Assembly (NCBI GenBank): GCA_018175315.1
Contig: GCA_018175315.1_4769.1
Length of the DNA stretch: 60,198 nt
Direction: 5' to 3' (one strand)
From: a phage
The position numbers and the translations under genes were made by a program. This document shows, piece by piece, positions 26,761 to 36,730 of the stretch (its first letter is position 1; each line of letters opens with the position of its first letter). Under the pieces are notes generated by a model. That model saw only the letters and a list, made by a program, of their open reading frames with translations. It did no database searches and was not told the DNA's origin.

Positions 26761-29700
26761 TTACCCCATTGCAGTTCTACGAATTGTTCCTCGGGATGCA
26801 AAGTCTGTAAGAACTTTATTATATCCCTGCTCCGCACCATCACGAGCCGCTTGCTGCATGGCTTGCGTGAGTGCAGCATCGCCATTTCCTTGCACCGTGA
26901 TATACTGGACAATGCTAACACCACCGGACATATTCACGCCACCTTGTTGTGAAGCTTGACTATCCAGGAAGCGATTTAACTTGTCATTAGACGGAGCATT
27001 GAGTACACGTTCACCCTTATCCAGCAACCATGTACCTTCACGAGGAACGTTATCGATACCGTCGTGAGCCATACCAGCAATTGCTAAGCCCCCCACAGTA
27101 GCGGCGGACGCATAACCCATAGCTTTCACTATACCAGCCATAGCTGCACCCATTGTAGCACCGCCTTGCTGTGTACCCCATGCAAGCGCTGCGGATGCTG
27201 CCGTTTCCGTGTTGGCAAGGATTGACGGGATTTGCATTGCTTTCTGTGCGGCAAACATTGCCTTATAAATAAAGTTCTGTTTACTAACACCTTCTTCCAG
27301 CCCTGACAAAATAATACCCAATGATTCCTGAGAAAAGGATATCATTCGGTTCATAAGAACTTTATCCAGGTTTTCCCTTTCCATGCTTGCTTTTTTCAGC
27401 ACTTGGGTTTTAGCATCTTCGTAAAGCTGATAGTAAGCTAAATCATCCGCTCGCTGTTTAGCAGTAAGCTCAGCAATCTTCGTATTTTGCTCGTACGCGA
27501 TTTTTTCATAGTCCGTCATACCTTCATCTAACAGACCCTGAGCAAACTTACGATTCTTCTTACGCTCGTCCAGTTTCTTTTGAGCTTCTTCTGCATCGTA
27601 AATTGCAGCGGCAAGACTAACGACTTCTGCTTTTTCCGCAGCCGTTGCGGACGCATTTAACTTATTGAGTGCCACAGCTTGCGCTTTAGCTTTAGCGTTT
27701 TCCTTAACCCCTGTGGTTACTTCGTTAAGCTTGTTGCGTAAATCGTCAATAACTTTGGCGTTCTGTTGTTCTGCTTTAATACCGTCTTTTGTCGCTTTAG
27801 TTCGGTTCCTCTCCGCTTCCTCGAGATCGTAGTTTTTGCCAAGAGCTTGCGCTAAATCTTGAGCATATTTAACAAGCTCTTTAGCGGATTCGCTTGTTGC
27901 CTCTGAGCTAACGTCCTGACCCATAGCTACTTTGCGAATAAGACTTCCGTATGTATCCGCATCCTTGCCCAGCGTCTGATACAGTCCACTAAGGATTGCA
28001 GCTTGGCGAGCATTGCCAGCACCCTTAACCGTGTTAACATCAATCTCACGGTTGACATCACCTAGCTGACCTTTAAAACGGTCAAGGACTTTCTCGTCAA
28101 TAAGTGGACCGGATTTGATGTTAAGAACGGCCTTCATATCAGCAGCAAGCTGACGAGCTAACGGAATTATCTTCTCGATAGCAGGGCTTGTCATTTCTAA
28201 GACATTGTTGTAACGGCGTTGAGCTTCTTCAGCACGTTCAGCAGCTAGCTTGACGTTATCCGTAGCAATCTGTAAGTTCTTTTCCGCACTAGCAGTATCT
28301 CGACCGGATGCAGCTCGACGTTTTAATTGTGCTTCGTAGAACTTTTGCGTTTCTGTTGCAGATTTTAGAGCGGTCTGTTCCCGCTTCATTTGCTCTTCAA
28401 GTTCAGGAAGTATTGCGCGAGCTTTGACAGCGTTAGCTGCCAGCTGAGCTTCCGTCATCTGCATTAGTTTTTCGCGTACACTATCAACACTATCTGCAAA
28501 CTGATTGTTTTCCGCACGACCAGCTTCCAGCGACGCTTTATAGGAGTAAATTGCACCCGCTGCCAGCATTGCTACACCAACAGGACCACCAATTAACCCC
28601 ATAGCACCGCGCAGCACGCTCATTGCTGTAGCGGCTCGGCTTGCGGCTGGTACGGTTGCATTGAGCGCAGCATTGAGCGCTTGCCGCGCTTGTACGTCCG
28701 CCATAATTGCCGCAGAATGCGCACGGGTAGCGTTAATAAGAGCAAGACGTGCGCCTGCTTCCGCTGCCGTACCTTTAGCAACTGCTAATGCACCGCGTGC
28801 CACCTGCAACGATGCAAGCGAAGCAGCACGATCCGCAGCCGCTTTCTGTGCGGTAACGCCAATAGAGCTTTGCATCACCGCCGTAGTTGCCGCCGTTTGT
28901 GCAGCTTCCATCCGTGATGCTTTTGCAGCAGCTATAGACGCTTTAGTCTTAGCAAGCATTGCCGTAATGATACGGGCGGTAATCACTGTGGCTAAAGCTG
29001 AACCAACCGTTACAACCGTTCCTAAGTTTTCGGATAATGCAACAAACGTCTGTCCCAATGCAGCAACCGCACCTTGAGTCTTTTGGGATTCACCCATAAA
29101 CTTAGTCAGGTTGTTTGTTGCAACTGTCCATTGCCGGTTGAACGTTGGCATAGTGCGGCTAAATTCTTTATCAATTGTATCCGCAGCACCAGACAACGAT
29201 TTGATAACCACATCTGATGTTAACTTTCCGCTGTACGCCAGCTCACGCAATTGTCCAATGGTAACGCCTAACGAATCGGACATGATTTGAGTTAAGCGCG
29301 GTGCCTGTTCTGCAACAGATCGGAATTCATCCCCGCGCAAAACACCGGATGCCATCGCTTGCGAAAACTGAATAAGAGCAGCACTTGCTTCATGGGATGT
29401 TGCACCGGAAACAATCATTGCTTTGTTAATTGTTTCCGTGATACGTCCAAGCTCCATACCAGTCATACCAGTATTCTTCATCGCACGCTGGAGACGGGAG
29501 TACAGAGTTGCAGTCGCTTCCAAGCTTGTACGTGACCGCTGGGCAATATCAAACACGCGTTGCTGCGCATCCGCAACGGTTTCATTACCCGTACGAGCCA
29601 GTTCAAGTTTGTTGGTGAGGATAGTCCAGGAGTCCGATAGCGAAATAACACGGCTAATAGTGTCAACGCTAATCATTCCTACAATTGCAGCATCCAAACG

Positions 29701-29877
29701 ACTTGTGACAGTTGCAAGTTCGTTAGATGTGTTAGACAATGTTTTATAGCTGGAGGTAACACGTTGAGCAGACCGCTCCGCTGTGTCACCTGTACGCGCT
29801 AAGTTCCGCAACATGGAGTCCGCGGTACTAATCCCTCTCGCGTCAACTCTGATTACTAGCGAAGCGGTTTCGGCCAT
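26761..29877 (-). CDS. tail tape measure protein
   Basis: 1038 aa, long Ala-rich alpha-helical/coiled-coil protein; AGGAGAAG RBS; ATG overlaps stop of chaperone extension frame (TAATG). Confidence 0.85.
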   Translation of the reverse strand: MAETASLVIRVDARGISTADSMLRNLARTGDTAERSAQRVTSSYKTLSNTSNELATVTSRLDAAIVGMISVDTISRVISLSDSWTILTNKLELARTGNETVADAQQRVFDIAQRSRTSLEATATLYSRLQRAMKNTGMTGMELGRITETINKAMIVSGATSHEASAALIQFSQAMASGVLRGDEFRSVAEQAPRLTQIMSDSLGVTIGQLRELAYSGKLTSDVVIKSLSGAADTIDKEFSRTMPTFNRQWTVATNNLTKFMGESQKTQGAVAALGQTFVALSENLGTVVTVGSALATVITARIITAMLAKTKASIAAAKASRMEAAQTAATTAVMQSSIGVTAQKAAADRAASLASLQVARGALAVAKGTAAEAGARLALINATRAHSAAIMADVQARQALNAALNATVPAASRAATAMSVLRGAMGLIGGPVGVAMLAAGAIYSYKASLEAGRAENNQFADSVDSVREKLMQMTEAQLAANAVKARAILPELEEQMKREQTALKSATETQKFYEAQLKRRAASGRDTASAEKNLQIATDNVKLAAERAEEAQRRYNNVLEMTSPAIEKIIPLARQLAADMKAVLNIKSGPLIDEKVLDRFKGQLGDVNREIDVNTVKGAGNARQAAILSGLYQTLGKDADTYGSLIRKVAMGQDVSSEATSESAKELVKYAQDLAQALGKNYDLEEAERNRTKATKDGIKAEQQNAKVIDDLRNKLNEVTTGVKENAKAKAQAVALNKLNASATAAEKAEVVSLAAAIYDAEEAQKKLDERKKNRKFAQGLLDEGMTDYEKIAYEQNTKIAELTAKQRADDLAYYQLYEDAKTQVLKKASMERENLDKVLMNRMISFSQESLGIILSGLEEGVSKQNFIYKAMFAAQKAMQIPSILANTETAASAALAWGTQQGGATMGAAMAGIVKAMGYASAATVGGLAIAGMAHDGIDNVPREGTWLLDKGERVLNAPSNDKLNRFLDSQASQQGGVNMSGGVSIVQYITVQGNGDAALTQAMQQAARDGAEQGYNKVLTDFASRGTIRRTAMG

Positions 29878-30682
29878 TATCTTCTCCTTTTTCTTCTACC
29901 TTTATTTTGATTTTGCATTTGACTTTCCATGAGTTTAGCATTTTGTTCAGCTTCTGACACGCGCTTTTCAAGCCATAGCTGCCGCAGTATTTCGCATTCG
30001 TACGGTTGAAGACGTAAGCCCATTGTCACTTGATAGCTGTGCAATTCTGTATAACTAAAATCTCCTCCAGTGTAGATATCATCAAATAAAGTAGATAGAT
30101 ATTCGAAGCAAAGCGGTATTTCCTTTTCCCGATATTCTTTAAGCTTAGGTGGCGTCTTACCAGACTGTTCCTCAACCTTTTGCAGTTGCGATAATAAAGA
30201 AGATCCCCCGCCGGGGACTTTGCTATTTAGTTCCCATTGGAGGATCTTCTTATCAATTAACTGTCTGCGCGCTTTTAGAAAAAATTACTATCTTTAGCGG
30301 CAAATACGTTAAGGTCTTCTCGGACAGTTGGGTTCTCCGTTAAGAACTCAAACACGTTATCAACAGTCGGTGGCTCGTCAAAAGTCCAACCTGCTACAAG
30401 GTTACACAGTGAACGGGTAAGGATATCTTCCTTCATAGCATCCGTTACTTCACCGTCTTTACCCTGCATAAGCGCCAACAGTTGACGCTGTGCTTTCAAT
30501 TCTGCGTCACGATACTCTGTGCAGTAGCGGCTACGAATGTAGAGTTTTTCGCCCGTGTCGCCTACACCAGGAATAACCACATTCATTGGCTTAGTGTTTG
30601 CCGGGTCATTTGCCCGGCTCACAGTTTTAAAATCACGGAAGCTTTTAGCTACTGCAACTTTGGCTTTTTTGGTGTCGGTCAT
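29877..30682 (-). CDS. tail assembly chaperone, -1 frameshift-extended form (lambda GT-like)
   Basis: Hand translation of the -1 frame from the slippery site (30278-30284) stays open for about 130 codons and stops at TAA 29877-29879, overlapping the tape measure ATG. Confidence 0.55.
30275..30682 (-). CDS. tail assembly chaperone (lambda G-like, short form)
   Basis: 135-aa ORF between major tail and tape measure genes; ends ...AATTTTTTCTAA, which contains slippery heptamer T_TTT_TTC. Confidence 0.65.
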   Translation of the reverse strand: MTDTKKAKVAVAKSFRDFKTVSRANDPANTKPMNVVIPGVGDTGEKLYIRSRYCTEYRDAELKAQRQLLALMQGKDGEVTDAMKEDILTRSLCNLVAGWTFDEPPTVDNVFEFLTENPTVREDLNVFAAKDSNFF

Positions 30683-30691
30683 TTCTTATCC

Positions 30692-31615
30692 TTATGCTGC
30701 CGCTAAAACGCGGGTAATTTTGATGGAACTTGCGGTTGTTGGGTCCAGCAATCCGCGGTAGCCCATATTAAGCATGATATCGCCTTCACCGTCAATAGGA
30801 CGCGGAGCCTCTGTGAATTTCACGCGAGGGATTTCCACGGTGTATTTTTGTTGCGGATTGCTTGGGTCAATCAGATCAAACTTGATTGAAGTTTCCACTT
30901 CATCCAGATACTTCTTACGCAGCTTGTTATCCAGGAAGTACACGTTAGCTGTACCAGTTACCGCACGGCGACCAGCGGACGGTTCAATGGAGAACTTAGA
31001 ACCAACAACAAAGCGTGGTGCAATATCGTTTTCAACGGTAAGACCGATTTCCGTAATAACGCTGATTTCTTCGTTGTTTTCCAGCAAGCGACCGGAGAAA
31101 CCATCCATCGGTGAAGTAGTTGTACGGTCTTTGATAGTTGCACCAGATGGGAGCGATTCCGCAATTTCCATCGAGCGACCGACAATGCCAAATTCCACTG
31201 TGGTCATGTTTTCCGCAGACAATGAGAAAGTCATGCTATTAACTTCGCAACCGCGATAAATTGTATATTTACCTGACGGCAGATCTGCGTTATAGTCTAC
31301 GAAAGTAAATGACTGGCGAACAATACCACCTTTAAGGACGTTCTCCTGCCATTCACCGCGCAGCGCTGCCGCAATGAGGTCGTCAAACGTACCGAAGGAC
31401 ATTTCGCCCGTTACCGTACCTTCAACGCTTCGAGCGCCAAGACGGAAGTCTGCGGTTTCTGCGTCATCACGCAGTTCTTCAGACTCCAGCGTCGCGATGT
31501 TAATATCCAGACCGGAACTCGTCACACGAAACGGGGTAAACTTTGCGTTCGCTGGAGTTGTGTTGCTCACATCTTCTTTGACGTAATAACACGAATAACG
31601 TGAACCTGTAGCCAT
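30692..31615 (-). CDS. major tail protein
   Basis: 307 aa, GAGG RBS; position directly upstream of chaperone pair. Confidence 0.65.
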   Translation of the reverse strand: MATGSRYSCYYVKEDVSNTTPANAKFTPFRVTSSGLDINIATLESEELRDDAETADFRLGARSVEGTVTGEMSFGTFDDLIAAALRGEWQENVLKGGIVRQSFTFVDYNADLPSGKYTIYRGCEVNSMTFSLSAENMTTVEFGIVGRSMEIAESLPSGATIKDRTTTSPMDGFSGRLLENNEEISVITEIGLTVENDIAPRFVVGSKFSIEPSAGRRAVTGTANVYFLDNKLRKKYLDEVETSIKFDLIDPSNPQQKYTVEIPRVKFTEAPRPIDGEGDIMLNMGYRGLLDPTTASSIKITRVLAAA

Positions 31616-31629
31616 ATTTAGATCCTCAC

Positions 31630-32079
31630 TTACCTCGGCTCACGAGCCGACCAATAGATTGTAATAAAGTTAACGTCCCAGTTGTCTTCAACCCCGCCTT
31701 TGGTAAAATCATTCAGCGAAGTTTGTCCACCCTGCGAAAAGTCTAAGCTGACAATTCGTATCGTGTGGTCATCCGGGCACGGGATACGCAAGCCCAGTTT
31801 AAACTTTTTCCGAATGGAATCCAAGATTTGATTCTGTTTAGACGTTCCAGTGTTTAACGGACTGTACACTGTGACTTGATAGAACCCTGGAATTTCATTC
31901 AGACCGTTGTCACCTAGCGTTGCCGCGTATGTGGATGCAGGTGCATTGATTGCCTTTAACCACATCTGATTTGCTTTGGGTGTAAACTTCTTGTTCTTCC
32001 AAGCTATACCGATATCCGGTCCAACGGCTTCGCGTAGCATCTTATTGAATGCGTCATTGATAAAATCGTATCCCAGCAT
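31630..32079 (-). CDS. tail terminator / tail completion protein (by position)
   Basis: 149 aa between neck genes and major tail gene. Confidence 0.4.
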   Translation of the reverse strand: MLGYDFINDAFNKMLREAVGPDIGIAWKNKKFTPKANQMWLKAINAPASTYAATLGDNGLNEIPGFYQVTVYSPLNTGTSKQNQILDSIRKKFKLGLRIPCPDDHTIRIVSLDFSQGGQTSLNDFTKGGVEDNWDVNFITIYWSAREPR

Positions 32080-32486
32080 TATAGTTTTCCTTCTACAATA
32101 GCTTGGCGTATCAACATTGGAAGCTTCGCTACGTTAATACGCACCATGCCATTTGGCGCTTGCTGCGACCAACCAAGATATTCAAGTTTCGGAGCATACG
32201 GGGTTAAGTTGCTAAAGTAGAAAGTCCAGTCTTTATCATCTGGCAACTGTCTTACGATAACCCTAGCTTCCGCTTTAGCTAACTCCCCAGTAGGATCGAG
32301 GCGGATTGTTTCCGTCGCATATGGTGCACCAATGGATGAACGCCAACCGCCTTTTGTACGTCCGGTCTTAACAGGAGTATCCTGAATCACATTCTCCGTG
32401 AACTTGACAACAACCTTTTTGGCTTGCTCCCCAGTCTGGACAAGCACCTTTTGACTTGCACGTCGTATATCCGCCCCGAATCCCAT
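32079..32486 (-). CDS. neck protein (HK97 gp10-like, by position)
   Basis: 135 aa; ATGA overlaps with neighbours. Confidence 0.4.
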   Translation of the reverse strand: MGFGADIRRASQKVLVQTGEQAKKVVVKFTENVIQDTPVKTGRTKGGWRSSIGAPYATETIRLDPTGELAKAEARVIVRQLPDDKDWTFYFSNLTPYAPKLEYLGWSQQAPNGMVRINVAKLPMLIRQAIVEGKL

Positions 32487-32866
32487 TATCGCGTCACCTT
32501 GAAAGTATAAAGAACAGAAACATTAGCAGGTCTTGTATCAACGAACTCGTTAATTGTCCATACTTCCAACTCACCATCAGGAGACATACGCTCAATGCGT
32601 GCAGTCATTGCTTTATCTCGTGTCAATGGTGGAGTCATTGGATAGGTTAGGACTTTCAATTCGCCAGCAGCAACAAGACTCCCACCGATCATTTTTTCCT
32701 TCGGAGAAAGGAAAGCTCCGATAAATGGGTATCGTTTTTCAACGCTCGGATCGTCCCATTCATCTTGACCTTCCCCTTGTTCCATAACCACAAGGGTACA
32801 GTTAACACCAGCATCGTTGATCATTTGCTTTGCAGCTTCAACTAGCTGCTCGTAAGGAAAGCTCAT
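32486..32866 (-). CDS. head closure / head-tail joining protein (by position)
   Basis: 126 aa, tightly packed in head-tail connector block. Confidence 0.4.
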   Translation of the reverse strand: MSFPYEQLVEAAKQMINDAGVNCTLVVMEQGEGQDEWDDPSVEKRYPFIGAFLSPKEKMIGGSLVAAGELKVLTYPMTPPLTRDKAMTARIERMSPDGELEVWTINEFVDTRPANVSVLYTFKVTR

Positions 32867-32869
32867 AAA

Positions 32870-33376
32870 TCACCGTATTAATCTGTTACCCATTTGATAA
32901 CCCAGCAAAGGTGATAAAAACGTCATAGCTTTATCATATGTTTTTGCTGGACCTGACTGCGCTGTGCTACCAGTTGCATATTCAATCTCAAGACCTTCTA
33001 CTTTAGTTCTTTTGACTGCATATGCAGTAGTTTTCCCATTAAGGGGACCGCCAGTAGCTGAGTCCGCTGTAAGCTGGCAAACCGCGTTTATAAGCGCCTT
33101 TGGTAAAGGGCTTTGGGGTAGCTCGAACCCATCCACAAACACCCCGTAGCGTGGCCAATTTAGCGGTTGCTGTGGGTCCATTTTGTAACCCTTAAACCGT
33201 TGACCGTATCCTTCCACAAAATCCATAGCGTCGAAGATCTTTGTCTTTAGATCTTCATCTTCACTTGGAAGTACAATACCTCGCATTGCGGCATACATGC
33301 GGACTTGTTCAATGGTCACATAACTGTTGGCATCCGGTACACCAGTACCATCTTCAACTATCAGTGGAATCTTCAT
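32870..33376 (-). CDS. head-tail adaptor protein (by position)
   Basis: 168 aa; first gene of neck block. Confidence 0.4.
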   Translation of the reverse strand: MKIPLIVEDGTGVPDANSYVTIEQVRMYAAMRGIVLPSEDEDLKTKIFDAMDFVEGYGQRFKGYKMDPQQPLNWPRYGVFVDGFELPQSPLPKALINAVCQLTADSATGGPLNGKTTAYAVKRTKVEGLEIEYATGSTAQSGPAKTYDKAMTFLSPLLGYQMGNRLIR

Positions 33377-33514
33377 CTTTCTTCCTCATTGCGATGGTTG
33401 TAGGGATAAGTGGCGGGAGCTCTTCTTCAGGAACAGAAACGACGTCTTCTTGACGCCGTTTTCTATTACGTCGGAGGAGCCACAACACATATTGTCTATG
33501 GCTCATTTCCATGG

Positions 33515-34168
33515 TTAACCTCGACGCATCATATTACGTGCAACCATACGGGCAACCGGATCGTCAATAGGGTTCTGGAAGCGATGGTCAGAAAGCATGT
33601 CTTCAGGTTTACGTTTTTTCTGCGCTTCAAGATACATCTGAGTTGCAGTAAGACCGGACTTAGGACGACGACGCTCCTGCTCAACGATAATCTTATCCAG
33701 ATCCGATTGAACGTCTGCAATAGCAAGCTCCAGCGCGTGCTTGGTGTCAGCAATCTCTTTAACCACATTGCTGAGCTTTTCGCTCTTCACTTTTAGCTCT
33801 TCATCGCTTAGGCTGGAAGTGTCACCGATTTTTTCCGGCTCCAGAAGAGCACGCAGTGCTTCGCTAATCTTAACTTCGATTTGCATCGTTGCAACCGCGA
33901 CTTTCTTTTCTTCTTCATGAGCTTTCTCCTGTTTGACAGCTTCATGTAAAACTGGATCAGCGGATTTAACAGGTTCCACTGGCTCTGGCTCTTCCAGCAC
34001 GCGGTTATCGCGGGTGAACAGCGGAGCAGCAGTTGTAATATCGTCGCGGGTTAAAGACGGGTTAGCGGTAGCGAAACGCAGAGCGTCAACTTTAGGTAAG
34101 CCATCGCTGGTCCAATGATTCGGGTTTTCCGGATCAAGTTCTAATAGTGCTTCAATTAATGTCTTCAT
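33515..34168 (-). CDS. hypothetical acidic coiled-coil protein
   Basis: 217 aa, Glu/Lys-rich central helix. Confidence 0.4.
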   Translation of the reverse strand: MKTLIEALLELDPENPNHWTSDGLPKVDALRFATANPSLTRDDITTAAPLFTRDNRVLEEPEPVEPVKSADPVLHEAVKQEKAHEEEKKVAVATMQIEVKISEALRALLEPEKIGDTSSLSDEELKVKSEKLSNVVKEIADTKHALELAIADVQSDLDKIIVEQERRRPKSGLTATQMYLEAQKKRKPEDMLSDHRFQNPIDDPVARMVARNMMRRG

Positions 34169-34185
34169 TGTTTAATCCTTATTTT

Positions 34186-34509
34186 TTAGGTCACATTAAT
34201 AACGCATGTACCAGTAACACTATCCTTTGCCTTGGACTTCACTGTCAAGTTTGAAGTACCACTGCTTGCAGTTGTGGTCACGGTAATTGTACCGTCCCCG
34301 TTGTCTTTAATTGTAGCAGAGGAACCGTCAACTGACGCGCTATACGCTTTGTTTGTAGTTCCGCCTGGGACAAAGTTTATTTTAACAGTAACCGTTTTTA
34401 CTTCTGAAGTTGTGGTGTCAATCGTAGCAGGATCGAGAGTAATCGAAATTGGCTCCACCTGCAACGATTTTTCCATCAAGTCATGTCGTTCATAACGTTG
34501 ATAACGCAT
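34186..34509 (-). CDS. Ig-like domain protein (probable head decoration)
   Basis: AGGAGAA RBS; Thr/Ser/Val-rich beta pattern (TVTVKINFVPGG...TITVTTTASSGTSNLTVKSKA); directly downstream of major capsid gene. Confidence 0.5.
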   Translation of the reverse strand: MRYQRYERHDLMEKSLQVEPISITLDPATIDTTTSEVKTVTVKINFVPGGTTNKAYSASVDGSSATIKDNGDGTITVTTTASSGTSNLTVKSKAKDSVTGTCVINVT

Positions 34510-34520
34510 GGTTGTTCTCC

Positions 34521-34555
34521 TAAAAAAGAGGGGACATAAATGTCCCCAAAATACT
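34521..34555 (-). terminator. rho-independent terminator after major capsid gene
   Basis: Perfect palindrome GGGGACAT-AA-ATGTCCCC; minus strand reads hairpin then CTCTTTTTT. Confidence 0.6.
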
Positions 34556-34578
34556 ACAGCGCGGCGTTGAGTGAAGCC

Positions 34579-35640
34579 TTAGGAACCCTGATACTCACGA
34601 GTAATCAGGCGAGCAACTTTAAGCTGCTTGCGCTCAGGGAACGCACGACGCCAGGAATCTGCATGGGCCAGGTTGTTAGTAGTTGCAGCGTTAGACGGAC
34701 CACCTTTAGCAGTTTGAGCAGCAGCCCAAGCATGACCGACTGGATGCAGAATCCATTCAACACGGTTGTGAAGAACTTCTTCACCAGCGCCATTGTTAGC
34801 AGCTTCGTCACGAACAACCGCAGTCGGTACTTTCGGTGAACCAGCACCCATTGCAGTTGCGCCCGGACCGAACAGCCAGCTTTCAAACACACCAGTAGTC
34901 GGATCGTGCGGCATGGAGTCGTCTTCAATAATACGCAGACCCTGATAATACTCAAACTGAGTTTCACCGCGAGCATCTGGAATGAAGTCGATCAGGTTCA
35001 ACTGACGCATACGGTTACGAACGGTAGAGTGTACCATAATCATAGTCAGATTGCGGGCAGCATCACCCATCGTTGCAGTTGCGTTGATGAAGTTAGACGC
35101 GGTAAAGTTGGTCTGGTTATTTACAAAAGAAGAACCAGAGATGTCGAAAGTTAAATCGTCGTTATGAGATTTCTTCGCATTAGCAAATACACCTTTCCAG
35201 GTTGCGATGTATGCAGCTTGCAGACGGCGAACCCACCACGCAGACACGCGGTTGCCGATAGCGGTCATTGGGTCGTTACCGATCAAAGCTGATACCAGAT
35301 CCGCAGAACCCCAGGATTTCGAACGGCTCATACGAACCTGAACTTCAGATCCGGTAGTGATGTTTGACGGTTTGGACGGATTACCTTTATCGACCGCGAT
35401 ATCTTCGTCTTCATCTTTCAGGTCGTTATAGAACGGCTCGTTAAAAGTCAGACCTGCACCAGCAAGGTTAGCAGATAAACGCTCGTCCATTACAACCGCA
35501 CCGGATTGGATCAGAGCAGAAAGTTCAGCGGTCTGCGTCTGCACATAACCAGTGAAGATCTCAGGGACAATGACATCCTTCAAACGAGTCAGGTCAGTTT
35601 CACCACGACCAAATGGTAGAATAATTTTAGATTTAGACAT
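34579..35640 (-). CDS. major capsid protein
   Basis: 353 aa, strong RBS, followed by strong terminator; position after scaffold gene. Confidence 0.75.
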   Translation of the reverse strand: MSKSKIILPFGRGETDLTRLKDVIVPEIFTGYVQTQTAELSALIQSGAVVMDERLSANLAGAGLTFNEPFYNDLKDEDEDIAVDKGNPSKPSNITTGSEVQVRMSRSKSWGSADLVSALIGNDPMTAIGNRVSAWWVRRLQAAYIATWKGVFANAKKSHNDDLTFDISGSSFVNNQTNFTASNFINATATMGDAARNLTMIMVHSTVRNRMRQLNLIDFIPDARGETQFEYYQGLRIIEDDSMPHDPTTGVFESWLFGPGATAMGAGSPKVPTAVVRDEAANNGAGEEVLHNRVEWILHPVGHAWAAAQTAKGGPSNAATTNNLAHADSWRRAFPERKQLKVARLITREYQGS

Positions 35641-35762
35641 ACTTGTCTCCAGGAAAAGGATTGATTTGTTTACTGTTGGTAGCCTTTCCCCGTGGAAGGC
35701 TGTTTAGGAACCCGTGTCCCTGATGTGTTGAAACTTAACATCAGGGACGTCGGGATGTCAAC

Positions 35763-36635
35763 TTATTTCTTAGCAGGACGTACAGGCTTCAGCGGATCTA
35801 CGCCATTCTTTTCAGCTAAGCGTTTAGCTAAAGATTGATTAGTTTTCCAGAGATTCATTTGCTTAGAAATGTTCCAGCCGTCGTGACTGTATGGGTCTTC
35901 ACCGTGATGGCCACCAGCGCCCGGACCAGATGCACCGCCACCAGCAGATCCTTCAACCCAGTGCGGACGCTTCGGAAGGATTTCGTTCAGCCAGTCCGCC
36001 GGAGTCAGGTAAGGAGTTACACCAGCCCCATCTTTCGTAACCACATTACCGTTCTCATCGACGGTCATTTGCAACTGTGCATAAGTTACAGCGTCTTCAA
36101 TAGCAGACGGACGCAATTTAGCACCAGAAGCAGCGGCAATAACTGCATCTTTAATCTTCGCTTTAGTTTCGCGAGCGCGGTAGCCTTCAATTTCCTGCTT
36201 AACCGTGTCACGCTCGGTGATAACAGTTTGCAATTGGCGCTCAAGCGGAGCAAGACGGGCTTTGACCATCTTCTCAATGTCTTCCGGATTGCCTTTACCG
36301 CTAGCAGCAGCTTCCAGCTCAGGAATACGATCCAAATCCGCCAGGACTTCTTCAACCGGACGCCCCAGTGCGCTAATTTGTTGTTTCACCTGACGATGAT
36401 CGTTACGCTCTTTTGCTAACGCACTTTCCAGACGACGAACGCTATCAGCAGGTGCTACACCTTTGACTTTTGCAAGAACGTATTTACCACCCTGCTCTGC
36501 GTAAAGAGTTGCAAATTCCGCCGGGATTTCTTCCGCAGATGCATACTCGTATTGCAATTCCACATCACCTTCACCGCGAGCGCGTGGATTAATTAGAGCA
36601 AGACCAACACTAATAGCTACAGAACTCTTTTGCAT
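35763..36635 (-). CDS. scaffolding protein
   Basis: 290 aa, long charged coiled-coil region; located between portal and major capsid genes. Confidence 0.5.
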   Translation of the reverse strand: MQKSSVAISVGLALINPRARGEGDVELQYEYASAEEIPAEFATLYAEQGGKYVLAKVKGVAPADSVRRLESALAKERNDHRQVKQQISALGRPVEEVLADLDRIPELEAAASGKGNPEDIEKMVKARLAPLERQLQTVITERDTVKQEIEGYRARETKAKIKDAVIAAASGAKLRPSAIEDAVTYAQLQMTVDENGNVVTKDGAGVTPYLTPADWLNEILPKRPHWVEGSAGGGASGPGAGGHHGEDPYSHDGWNISKQMNLWKTNQSLAKRLAEKNGVDPLKPVRPAKK

Positions 36636-36730
36636 TTCTTATCTCCGTTGTCACCCGTGTGACGTTTTTGGGGCTGAGCCGTCCCAGCCCCGTGTTCGTT
36701 AATATAAACCAATCAATTTGGAAGTTGCAA

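Noticed and set aside
28661-29077. Plus-strand 138-aa ORF inside the tape measure gene
   Set aside because: Ala-rich antisense reading of a GC-rich, repeat-like coding region; no RBS; the tape measure gene is continuous on the minus strand.
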